A DNA stretch of 64,000 bases from Ranitomeya imitator (Eukaryota), in contig NC_091289.1 of NCBI RefSeq assembly GCF_032444005.1, positions 6,138,001 to 6,202,000 on the forward strand. The letters run 5' to 3'. Under the pieces are notes generated by a model that searched no databases, was not told the DNA's origin, and saw nothing but the letters and a program-made list of their open reading frames with translations. This document shows, in pieces, positions 12,679 to 23,775 of this stretch; positions within the stretch are counted from its first letter, which is position 1; the number at the start of each line of letters is the position of its first letter. The translations under genes and the position numbers were made by a program.

Positions 12679-13570
12679 TGTTGAGTCTCCCACCAGAGGC
12701 TGTGGGGTTACTCGGTAAAGGGTCCGGTGCTTAAAGGGGATGTCATGGTGCCTGTGACCCGGTCCATGGCCCTGGGTGCCCAAGTAAAAGGGAAAGGTCT
12801 TTAAAAGGAGTTGTTAAAGTAATGAAAGATCGTGACGCCACCTGTGGTTCTCTGTCAGAGGTGACCGACGCTGCATAAAGGGGTCTTCTGGGGTGATTTT
12901 ACTGCAGCAAAGATGGTGACACTTCCCACAGGTGAAGCGGGGTCCCCAGGGCTCCCAAGCTGAATAGCAAGGGTGGTGAATGCTGGCAAATAAATGGAGG
13001 ATACAAGTTTATAATGTCATTACCTGGTTTACTGGTGGTAGCAGGTCACAGTCCAGGGTACCAGTAACAGGTGGTGATAAGGTCCGGCCGGCCTGGAGGT
13101 AAGGGATCCTTCTTCCGGGTGCGGGTGAGGTCCGTAAGCCTTCCTATTCGTGCTCGTATGCGAGGTCCTTGTTGCCTCTGGCTTTCTGGCAAAGTCCTCT
13201 TTCCTGTCCAGGTACAGTTACCCGTATGGTGGGCAGTGTGAGCCTTTTTATAGGGTCTCTATCATGACCCGGGCTCTTCATGTACTGCTTCACCTTCAGA
13301 TGTGGGTGTGGGCAGACTACATAAAGTCCTTTCTCTCCTGTTCTGCTGTGCGTCCTAGAGTTCAACGCAACCTCGGGCTTCCGGTGCACGGTTCCTGTGC
13401 TTCGGCTCAGAGGGTGCCTGATCACAGTTCCCCTCTAAGCCCTTTCCTTCTCCTTTGCTCCTTTCCTCAGATGCTCACTGGCATTCCAACCCTACAGGTT
13501 ATCTTCCTTTCCTGGAGCTGCAGCAGTCTTGGCTGCATGGCTCCAATCTCTACTCTCCTTCCTCACTCCT
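12679..13570 (-). mobile_element. Truncated LTR, family A, broken by the ERV-like element
   Basis: Homologous to 10424-11630 and closely to 25388-25905. The similarity stops at 13570, where the ERV-like LTR begins. Confidence 0.75.
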
Positions 13571-14103
13571 TGCTAAATATGCTTATTACGCACATTTATT
13601 TAATCAAGACTATTCACCAGGTGCATTACTCTTAATGAAAAAATGTCATGATATTCTCATAAAACATGTGGTGGTTTATTGAATTGTCCACAGAAAAACC
13701 ACTTTGCAGCGAAACATAAAAAAAGATGAAATAGTTACGAACAGATTGTCCATGTGTAAATATCAGCACTTGTTCCTCATCGTTTCTGAGATGGAGAAGT
13801 CATCTTACTTTCATGGAGTAGAATCATGGCTATCAGCTGTTCCTTCCTTGTGTGACTTGTCTGACGTCCATAGTGAATGATGGTGAAGGCAGGAGGTGAC
13901 AGCTCCCACGTGACAAAAGCCCCCCACCCTCCTAAGAGACGTTATTTATATGTCCCACAGACCACGTGTTCCCCTTTATATGGCATTGACTTATACTCTG
14001 AGCTACATACACAGAAATAGCTTTTGGTAATGTCAGCAAGAAGCAATGTGCTCAGTACAGAATTGAAAATAAGAATAATTCAATTAATAATTAATATTTA
14101 ACA
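13571..14103 (-). repeat. 3' LTR (533 bp) of the ERV-like element
   Basis: 10-bp imperfect inverted termini TG(T/C)TAAATAT. TATA-like CATATAAA near 13945-13985 and AATAAA at 13675-13680 on the minus strand. Confidence 0.7.
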
Positions 14104-17100
14104 ATTCCCCCTTTTGAGGGTGACAGACATTGATTGGAACCCTCAAAGTAAATATATTAATAAGATCTTCTTTCTTCTTTTCTTCTTCTTTGGCAAAATA
14201 TTTTAATAAATAATAATATCAATAATATAATAATATTGTTATACGTACTCGATAATATAATGATATCTTAATTCATGTTATGGTAAGCCGTGACTAATAT
14301 TCATATAAAATATATATATATTATACTTTCCTATATCTACTTGAAGCATCTCAGGTCTGATCATCATCTGATGTCATCTGGTCTTCATCTTGATATCTTC
14401 TTGGTTCTTTTAAAACAATGTTTGTTATAATTCTTTTGAAATAGATTTTTGCATGTAGATATTGTAGAGACTGTGTGTCATGTGTCAATCAAAGTCCATA
14501 AATTCAAATGTTGATAAGAAAACAAAGTTCATAGATGAAATGTGGCTTTAGTATCTGTGCAGTGTCACCTTTAAAAACCTGGAATACATTGGCTCGCCTT
14601 GGAAATCATCTGGAATCCTTCCATATCATCCGCACTGGTCTTGGAACAGGTTTGACGTCTTTGGTCAGCACAGCAAAGGGTTACATTGACTCTTCCTTGC
14701 TAAACATAGCACCATAATCAGTCCTTAGTGCACAGGACACATGTCAGGGTTGTAGCGTCCTGACAATTACCTGATTGTTCACCAGCTTTCATGGAAGTCT
14801 TATAGGTGATAGGAAACCACTGGAACATGATAAAAACGTAATATCACAGTTCATCTTAGCATCATAGGATCATCGTCCTCTCCAATTGTGGTTGTCAGTT
14901 TAGATACTGTACTCATAGTTGTCAGTGATGGATGCTGTAGTTGTGAGTGATGACATGAATTGTATTTGACACAGTCTATTATTAATCAGAAATCATAGCA
15001 TTGTTACCTTGTGGAACTTCTAGATAACGGCTTTTTCTTCTTGCAACTTTTAAGAATCAATTGAATTTAGAAATATGAAAAGTCTTTATTAATGTAACTT
15101 CAGTATCTTGATTGAATTCTTCATTCCCTATTCTTTACCATATCTGGTTCTTTACCTCACTTATAATATCACAGCTTACCATAGCAATCAATACTATCCA
15201 TATAATTATTTTATCAAAATATTAATATGGCTTCTTGTTTGAAAAAAATAAAATAATAATAAATGATAATACATTATTAACCATATTCTTCATGTGATTG
15301 GACATTTTTATGTCATAGGTGTAATTTCTTTTTGAACCCATAGATGTCAGTGTGTCTTTTACTGAAACTTTATTAATAATTTATATTTATTAGACCAATA
15401 ATATGTAAAAATGTGTAGCCATGAACCAAAATAAGTATATATATATGAATAAATGAATGATTGAATGAGTGAAAGAATTGAAACATTTCTTAATGAAACC
15501 ATATGATCACTATATTTAATAAAGCAATATTCTTGTAGACATTACTTTATTAAATATTGATTTTTTTCTTCTTGAGATAAAAATAAAAATTAAGAATAAA
15601 AATGAAAAATAAAAATGAGAATAAAAAATAAAAATAAGGCCTTTATGTCTCAATAACACATTCCCTTTAATATTTCCATTATTTAGATGTTGTCATAACC
15701 TTGGATTACCAAAATATTGAAATTATGTAGCTTTGCATATAATATCCTTGATTAGAGAAAAAAATTACTTTTATAATACTTAATGTTATTATACCCAATA
15801 ATACCTTATTCATATTTTTTCTTTATTAAAATGTGTGAAGAAGAGGTATTGATGAAATGTGATGATGTAATCAGGATCAAAAACACATTTCCCCCTTATT
15901 ACCAAAAAATATTATTCTATGAAAAAAATTAATTAATAAAAACCAAAATTAAAAATAATTAATTTTATAACTGTCATTTCAGCTTTATGCGTTATATTTG
16001 TTTGAAGATGTGTACCCATCTATGTAACTAAAAAAACACTGAATATCATAAAATTATCATTTGGAAAAATGTTCTAAGTGTAGATTTTCTTGATAAACCA
16101 TATTGATGTGTGATTGCACTTATTCACTATTAACTAAATCATGAAATAATAATTACTAAAGAAATATAGTAATATATGTTGAGTAAATAATATTTAAATA
16201 TATCTTAATATTCTAATAATTTAACTGAATCTTATTTTCTCATAAACACAAGTTTTTTTTTCTTTTTCCCAACATACCATAAATCATGAGGCCTCTTTCA
16301 TACTTGCACGTTCCACGCTATAGTCACTCTTACGTTAAGTTCACTCTCAGCAGCTGCTCATACTCTCATCTGTCATCTGTCACTCAGACTGTGACTCACA
16401 TAGAAGTTGAAACTACATATTTCACATACAAAGAATAAGAATACATGTATATTAACCCAAAATATTGTATCCTAATTATCAATGCGCATTGTAAACTATT
16501 AAATTTAATATTCTAAGATTCCTTTGAATATTCCCCAAATATTATCTAACACTATCTACAATAACGCTATGTTCTAACCTATAGATAGGACTCATCCATA
16601 AGAAACTTGAGAAATGTTGTTCTAAAGCTATATCTGGTACCGGGCCTGACTAGGAACTTCTAAAGTTTCTTCTTACAGCTCTAAATTGAAACAGGGGTGT
16701 GACATGTCATGCCATGCAGTGGGGAAAAAATATTATTATTATCATGCAAAGGAAAAAAAAGTGTTAGATTCTGTTACAGAAAGAAAACTTACAGTACACA
16801 AATTTTAGATCGTTATATATTATTATTTTAAGTGTTAAATATAAAATCATGCAGTTATTATAACTTCCTGTGTAAATAAAGACATAAATCCATGTAAGAG
16901 ATTTTTTTTTGTTCAATTCCTGCTTTAAAATGAAACTTATAAGGAAAAATAAAAGATAAAGGTTAATTTAATATTTACTTAAAAACAAAATAATTTAAAT
17001 ATCTTATACATATGTATATATTTAATACATGTATATAATGTAATTTTAAATATTATTACTGGATTAAATTTTAATTATTTCATTATACATATAAAAATAC

Positions 17101-17190
17101 AGTTAATATATAATCTCTACTTATACAAATATGCTACAGTATTTACTATATACTATATTAATAGATATATATAACTGCAGAATTATATTT

Positions 17191-18521
17191 TTAGCCAATT
17201 CCTAAACCAAAATTTACCTCTCTGTCGATAATTTGTTGAAAACCTAAAATTGCCATCTTTAGACTTATGAGTTGTGATGATGGAGTTTTCAGCTCACTTC
17301 TTATGCTCAGTTGTTTCTGTCTATCAATTTCCGCCATCTTTACAGACAGATCTGGCCCGTCAGCTTTTAACCCTGTCAGAGCAGCTCGAGTGGATGACTC
17401 CTGAATCATTTTTTATAGGGCTTATAACAAATATGTAATTTTCTTCGTACTCCATAGATGTGATTTTGGATCAGCTTTGGAGATTTTGATTGGTTTCTAA
17501 GTTTAAAAAACTTAGTATGATTTGTTTTCCTTTCAAGATTCTCATGTTTTCTAGAAAAATCAAGGCATTGCGCACATTCAGATAAAGAATCTTTTTGTGA
17601 TGCAATAACACGAGATGCAGGATTTAGGAATCCAAATTTGTTTACAAAACAATTTATCATTGATTGTTTATTGAAATTAGTAATGACCGTTTTGTACAAC
17701 CTTTCAAATATGGACATGAATGTAAAAGTACATTCTTTCTGGCCAATCCTCAATTTTAGAAGAATATCAATATCTGGATAATTTTCTTTTAATCCACAGA
17801 ATATCAAAATTTTTAATCTTTCTACATCAGTCATGTCTTCATGGATCTCATCATTCTGCATTTTTAATGAGAGTCTTCTGGAGAAAGTTACTGGAAGTCA
17901 CATTTTAAACAACTGATTTTTCTCCTCATTAGTCAAATCAAACTTATCAGCAAAACTCTCAAATATCTCTGAATTTCTGCACACATGGATTTTATCATCA
18001 TATGCAGGAATGATTTTGCATAATTTTAACAAGATTTCTCTAGATTTAGTTTGGAATTGGGCCTCTAAGTCATCTTCTATTTTGGTGGCAATGATACATC
18101 TGTCCCTCGTACATCATCTTTGTCAGTTGTCATGTCTCCTACGTTTCCTCCATCTTGTTTTTCATCATGAGAAACAAGGTCACCTTGAGTGGCCACTACA
18201 CACACGTGTGTCACATCTTCCTCACTCTCCACATTACAGTCAATCTTGGGAACATCATTAATTTCCTTAGAAATTCTTTATACACAGTCTTTTTTGGACT
18301 TCTCTGTAACGTACTTGTGAAATACATCAATCATATGTAAAATATTTTTCAGTTGCTCTTTTTCTTTTTTTCCTAGATACTAGCTTAGAATTTAACTTTA
18401 GATTTGCTATCTTGCATTCTGCAAATAAGCTAAGCCAAAATATTTCTAAGGTTTTAGACTTTTCACCTAGACTTAAAAATTCCAGCGAACTTGACTTAGA
18501 ATACGTATTAATTAAATCCAT
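17191..18521 (-). pseudogene. Decayed gag/capsid-like ORF with stops and frameshifts
   Basis: The fragments join into MDLINTYS...; LCKIIPAYDDKIHVCRNSEIFESFADKFDLTNEEKNQLFKM*LP...; LLKLRIGQKECTFTFMSIFERLY. The last resembles a capsid major homology region. Its position in an LTR element fits gag, but no database check was possible. Confidence 0.5.
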
Positions 18522-18556
18522 TTTTTGTTACCTTGAAATGTCTCAGTTTGTAGTTC

Positions 18557-19541
18557 CAGGATATTCACAGAAATAGGCAGTTCATATTTCTGGAAACCGC
18601 AGGGACAGGACTCCCAACTGGCGGGTTTTGGGAGCACAGCGCTTAGCAGAAATTTAGAAATGCATTATTGCTTAACTGAGGCTCATAGCCAAGCCGTGTA
18701 TGGACTTAAAGGAACTCCCATGTCATGCTTAGCATAATGATAATTTTGTCTTTCTTCTAGGGTCTCTCTAAGAGAAATGGGTAATAGCAGGATTTCATAT
18801 CTTTCAGAAAGGGGAGTATTCAGCCCTCTCAGTGAGGTCAGCACAGGGGGAGTGCCTTGGTTTTGGGCACAGGTATAAGATAGTGGGAGGTCATTTGGCA
18901 CTAGTCTTTGTCCAGGAAGCTAGCTAAGAGACTCTCTGTGATGCATTTTGATGTCACCTCTCCCCCCAGCCGCATGGTCAGCCATGACATGAGAGAATTA
19001 TAACTTTCTTTTCTTCTTTTAATCCCTTTTATTTTGTAATTGTCTGTACATACAATAATTGTCTACTTTTATAATATCTTTTTATACTTTTGTAAACACT
19101 GCCCACCTTTTGGAGTAAAATATATAAAATTACAAGCTTTGTTTCTCCTTGCTCTATAACGTACTTTCACATCCTCTGAAGTAAATTATGCTACTAATTG
19201 GGTTGGCTCCTGACTCGTTTTTAATTAAGAAATAAGAGCTGATGGCAGCGGAAGTGTCCTGAGCCTTTGGAAAAACTGGCAGTGACGGACAGCGTTGATA
19301 ATTATTGTTCCCGCCTGAGTGGGAGTAGCTACATCGCCCTCGCTGCAGTGTGCCCAATAGCCAGTACATGGCAAGGCAGCCTTTCAGGCAACTAATTATC
19401 CTAGGTGCATTTCCCTGTCTGACCTGAGGGTATGGGGAGCACCAGAGAGCTGCAAGTTCCAAACCAGAACTGGGAAGTGGGATATAAATAAATCCCCTAA
19501 AGAAAGGAACTGGGGCAACCAAACACCCTCGGTTCATGACA
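18557..19541 (+). mobile_element. 5'-truncated copy of the solo LTR at 31210-32477
   Basis: Near-identical to 31495-32477. Ends TCATGACA followed by the same GATCC flank. Confidence 0.85.
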
Positions 19542-19599
19542 GATCCCACCACATTACACTCATATACTCTCAAAACCCTCCATTTTGTATCCCAAGGAC

Positions 19600-20577
19600 T
19601 TAGTTTTGAAATGTATTTACAGACTTTTTTTGACTATAGAGTGTGTTTATGATAATGTACAGCACATGTACAGCTCTCCATAGCGCCGCCTTCAGGTCTC
19701 TGCTCCGTAGGCCGTAGATTAGGGGGTTCACTAAGGGGGTGATTAGGGTATATATCACAGTGACCACTCGGTTCAATGTAAGAAGATTACTCGCGTTAGG
19801 GACAAAGTAGATGAAAGTTACCGATGCATAAAAAATAAAAACCACAGTAAGGTGAGACGTACAGGTGGAGAAAGCTTTACGTTTTCCGTCACTGGTGCGA
19901 ATCATAATCACTGTCCTAAATATTCTAACATAGGAGTAAAATGTGGCACCAAAAGCTATGACGCCAAGAAAACAGCCTACAACTATTACAACTAGGACAT
20001 TGATGGAAATATCAGTACAAGAGATCTGGAGCAAATTGGGCAGATCACAAATGAAATTCTGGATGAAGTTGGGACCACAGAACGTCAACCTTATTAAACA
20101 TAAAGTAAAGAGAATCGGGGCAAGGAAACCAGACAACCAACTCAAAGATACTATCTGAGTGCACTTACTCCAGGACATGACCTGGGAGTAATGGAGGGGA
20201 TGACAGATGGCTACATAACGGTCATAAGACATGGAGGACAACAAGAAAGCCTCAGAGGTCCCAAAATAGATGACAAAGAACACTTGTGCTATACAGTCTG
20301 GGAGGGAGATGGACCAATGTTGGGTGGTGAGGCCAAAGAGCATCCTCGGAGCAGTCACCGATGAGTAGGACATGTCCAAAAATGCCAAGTTTCCAAGAAA
20401 GAAATACATGGGTGTGTGAAGATGAGGGCAAGTAACTACTAGGAGGATGATGAGAACATTGGTGAAGACGGTCATCAGGTAGATGAGGAAAAAGACGGTG
20501 AAGAGGACATGGATGGTCCTCTGATTATCGGACAGACTCAGGAGCAGAACGCTGGTGATCAATGTTTGGTTCTTCAT
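19600..20577 (-). CDS. Olfactory receptor, class II (OR2), 325 aa with a 19-aa C-terminal extension
   Basis: NQT site and the motifs LHTPMYFFLGNL, MSYDRYVAICHPLHY, KAFSTCTSHL, PLVNPLIY. The paralogous stop codon is deleted. Confidence 0.95.
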   Translation of the reverse strand: MKNQTLITSVLLLSLSDNQRTIHVLFTVFFLIYLMTVFTNVLIILLVVTCPHLHTPMYFFLGNLAFLDMSYSSVTAPRMLFGLTTQHWSISLPDCIAQVFFVIYFGTSEAFLLSSMSYDRYVAICHPLHYSQVMSWSKCTQIVSLSWLSGFLAPILFTLCLIRLTFCGPNFIQNFICDLPNLLQISCTDISINVLVVIVVGCFLGVIAFGATFYSYVRIFRTVIMIRTSDGKRKAFSTCTSHLTVVFIFYASVTFIYFVPNASNLLTLNRVVTVIYTLITPLVNPLIYGLRSRDLKAALWRAVHVLYIIINTLYSQKKSVNTFQN

Positions 20578-20727
20578 CTCTCTGCTGTGATTCTTACAAA
20601 ATATTTTATTATCTTTGATGACATCAAATTAATATTAAGAGAATTTAATGGAATCTATGAACCCAATGGGTGAACATATCGGCTCAGATATAATATTGCT
20701 GATAGGAATTGCTAACGGCGTCGTTCA

Positions 20728-20801
20728 TTTTATAACTCATTGGTTCTCCCAGGAGCTGAAGCCACAGAAGCCCAAACCTCAGCTCCACACATCCATAATT
20801 A
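20728..20801 (-). promoter_or_regulatory. Candidate OR2 promoter: homeodomain site, O/E (Ebf) site, TATA box
   Basis: TAATTA at 20796-20801, TCCCAGGAG (YYYCARRRR) at 20747-20755 and minus-strand TATAAAA at 20734-20728, about 150 nt upstream of the ATG. Motif match only. Confidence 0.4.
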
Positions 20802-20992
20802 ATGTACGGGGTCTCAGGACGCTCATTGTGCTTGTTTACTGTGCAGGATTTTGCAGTTTAATTTTAACCAATGAAGATCCACAAAGCACATTTTTGTGGC
20901 AAACATCATTCGATATCTGGCTACTCTTTGAATCTTTCAGGTGTATTCCAGTGTTTGTGAAAAGGTTTGACCGCTTAAAACAAGTTATCACC

Positions 20993-21579
20993 TGTAACGA
21001 CTTCACCTCTCAGTGCTGAGCTCTGTGCAGTGATTGACAGCTCAGTTGTCCAGTCTGGTGCACGGGTGTGCTGAGCTCTCTGTGCGATGATTGATAGATC
21101 AGTACAGTCTGGTGCAGAGGCATGCTGAGCTCTCTGTGCAATGATTGACAGCTCATATGTTCAGTCTGGTGCAGGGGCATGCTGAGCTCTCTGTGCGATG
21201 ATTGATAGATCAGTACAGTCTGGTGCAGAGGCATGCTGAGCTCTCTGTGCAATGATTGACAGCTCATATGTTCAGTCTGGTGCAGGGGCATGCTGAGCTC
21301 TCTGTGCGGTGATTGATAGATCAGTACAGTCTGGTGCAGAGGCATGCTGAGCTCTCTGTGCGATGATTGACAGCTCATATGTTCAGTCTGGTGCAGGGGT
21401 GTGCTGAGCTCTCTGTGCGATGATTGACAGCTCATATGTTCAGTCTGGTGCAGGGGCATGCTGAGCTCTCTGTGCAGTGATTGACAGCTCAGTTGTGCAG
21501 TGATTTACAGCTCAGTTGCTCAGTCTGGTCCAGGGGTATGCTGAGCTCTCTGTGCAGTGATTGACAGATCAGTAGTGCA
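20993..21579 (+). mobile_element. Family B LTR, 3'-truncated, with about 10 units of the 57-bp U3 repeat (alternating 54/57-bp units)
   Basis: Same tcacc|TGTAACGAC start as the complete LTR at 33974. Cut off by the PLE fragment. Confidence 0.85.
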
Positions 21580-22297
21580 AGAGTCTTATAGAAAATGCGA
21601 GCACTCACCATCCACTAAAATCCACTTCTTTATTGTGACATGTAGTCAAAAGGCAGGAAAAGTCAGGGAAAAAAATGTGATTCCACAAGACGACGGCCGT
21701 TTCGCGCTGCCGCGCTTCCACGGGTCTTGATGCACATTGTGGGTGGAGTCCTTTTCAGCAGTATCCGCTCCTAGTTCACCACTCCTCCAACAGCGTCATC
21801 ACCAGATCCTACTTATCAAATAAAATACCATGATATTACATGGAAAAATAAAAACATGTTTAAAAGAGACAACGTATGAAAATACAAAGAAGTCAAAATT
21901 ACATAAACTGATACAAAGTTACATCACAAAAACACCGACATATCAAGTCTCTCATTTAACCCTAAAGGACCCGTAGCATTAACCCGCATGATCCACGTGC
22001 CTTCCCTTCTTAATAATAACCTATTATGATCCCCTCCTTGTTCGGGTAAAGAGACCCTTTCCTGTCCAGCAAACCGCAATGCAGACGCTTCTCCCCCATG
22101 TTGTGTACGCATATGCGAAATTAACCGTGGGACTCCCTTCCCAGTGCTGATTGAATTATAATGTTCCCTAAATCTCACAAAGAGGGGCCTGATAGTTTTC
22201 CTGATATAATAAAAACAAAAAGGGCAAAATAATACATAAACCGTATGTGTAGTTCTACACGATATAAAGTCTCGTACTCTGTGAACATGAGGGCCTC
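21580..22297 (-). mobile_element. Penelope-like element, 5'-truncated (GIY-YIG C-terminus plus pseudo-LTR)
   Basis: RFREHYNSISTGKGVPRLISHM...GPLGLNERLDMSVFL is homologous to 37320-38087. It is followed by a hammerhead motif, AATAAA and GGTGAGTGC on the minus strand. Confidence 0.9.
21686..21729 (-). ncRNA. Minimal type I hammerhead ribozyme motif, variant core CCGUGGA
   Basis: CAAGAC-CCGUGGA-A-GCGC(GGCA)GCGC-GAA-AC(GGCC)GU-C-GUCUUG. All three stems form, stem III is palindromic, and the cleavage triplet is GUC. Confidence 0.75.
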
Positions 22298-22338
22298 AAT
22301 GATTCCTCTTTACACATATGAAGTGGAACAGCCAAATC

Positions 22339-23630
22339 CAGGAGCCGTCACAGGAGTAGCTGTCACAGGAGGAGCCATCACAGCAGGATCCATCACAGAA
22401 GGAGCCATCACAGGAGGAACCGTCACAGGAGGAACCGTCACAGGAGGAGCCGTCACAGCAGGATCCATCACAGAAGGAGCCGTCACAGGAGGAACCGTCA
22501 CAGGAGGAGCTGTCACAGGAGGAGCCGTCACAGGAGGAACAATAGCTAGGAGCTGTCACGGAAGGATCTATCACAGGAGGAGCTGTCACAGGAGGAGCTG
22601 TCACAGGAGGAGCTGTCACAGGGGGAGCCGTCACAGGGGGAGCAGTTGTCATGACTCCCAGTTATTAATGTTGCGGGGAGAGCTGCACACAGCAGCAAAG
22701 GAGCTGAGCTAAACGCTGAGTTACTAACCTGGTAACCAACAGGAGACAAAGTGACCTGGTAAGCAACAGGACCTTAAACATGTGACAGAGTGGGAGGAGG
22801 TCAGGGGGCGGAGCCAGATGCTGGGAAACAGAGAAGGGACAAGCACTAAAGAATTATCAGCATGAGCTGTCACAACAGGATACATCACAGCAGGAGCTGT
22901 CACAGGAGGAGCCATCACAGCAGGAGCCGTCACAGGAGGAACCATAACAGCAGGAGCTGTCACAGGAGGAACCATAACAGCAGGAGCTGTCACATGAGAA
23001 GCCATCACGGCAGGAGCCATCACAGGAGGAGCCGTCACAGCAGGAGCTGTCACAGGAGGAGCCATCACAGCAGGAGCCCTCACAGCAAGATACATCACAG
23101 CAGGAGCCATCACAAGAGGAGCCATGACGGCAAGAGGTATCACATGAGGAGCCATCAAAGCAGGAGCTGTCACAGGAAGAGCCGTCACAGGAGGAGCCGC
23201 CACATCAGGAGCTGTCACAGGAGGAGCCGTCACAACAGTTGCTGTCACAGGAGAAGCTGTCACAGCAGGAGCCGTCACAGGAGGAGCCGTCACAGCAGGA
23301 GCTGTCACAGCAGGAGCCGTCAGAGCAGGAGCTGTCACAGGAGGAGCCATCACAGCAGGAGCCCTCACAGCAGGATACATCACAGCAGGAGCCATCACAA
23401 GAGGAGCCATGACAGCAGGAGGTATCACAGGAGGAGCCATCACAGCAGGAGCTGTCACATGAAGAGCCGTCACAGCAGGAGCTGTCACAGGAGGAGCCGT
23501 CACAGCAGTTGCTGTCACAGCAGGAGCCATCACAGGAGTAGCCATCACAGAAGGAGATGTCACAGCAGGAGCCGTCACAGAAGGAGCCATCACAGCAGGA
23601 GCTGCCACAGGAGACGCCATCACCGCAAGA
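22339..23630 (+). repeat. 15-bp minisatellite, copy 2 (blocks 22339-22650 and 22862-23630 separated by about 210 bp of unique sequence)
   Basis: Same unit and same unique flanks (caatgattcctctttacac...; ...gcatcattggtttaaagtg) as 6671-7270. Confidence 0.92.
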
Positions 23631-23775
23631 AGCATCATTGGTTTAAAGTGATATTCATTATTATTAACCTTCTTTGGTGGTCCACTTGCAAAAAGTGAAA
23701 TGAGCAAACACCAGAGTAAAAATATTTATGCCACCCGCTCACAATGTCACATATCCAGTCTGAAGATGAGGTCCG

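Larger units (their letters stand above)
13571..18556 (-). mobile_element. AT-rich ERV-like / LTR retroelement remnant: decayed gag, about 3 kb AT-rich region, PPT, 3' LTR; no pol, 5' LTR lost
   Basis: Minus-strand PPT AAAAGGGGGAAT directly precedes TGTTAAATAT at 14103. A decayed gag-like frame lies at 18521-17191. Confidence 0.65.

Noticed and set aside
14120-16250. Possible decayed env in the ERV-like element (RRKSR furin-like motif near 15030, short Cys-rich stretches)
   Set aside because: No frame extends beyond a few dozen codons, and no fusion peptide, CX6CC or TM anchor could be identified.
19154-19573. 139-aa ORF repeated at 32090-32509
   Set aside because: Antisense frame within a duplicated solo LTR, extending into flank; no coding signature.
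20648-21019. Plus-strand ORF MESMNPMGEHIG... upstream of each of OR2-OR5
   Set aside because: Its recurrence reflects recent duplication. Lengths differ (123, 124, 104, 104 aa), it runs into TE sequence, and it has no recognisable motif.
22724-23707. 327-aa mucin-like and 278-aa protamine-like ORFs called as genes
   Set aside because: They are overlapping opposite-strand products of a 15-bp repeat whose variation follows CpG decay. Kept only as a low-interest finding.
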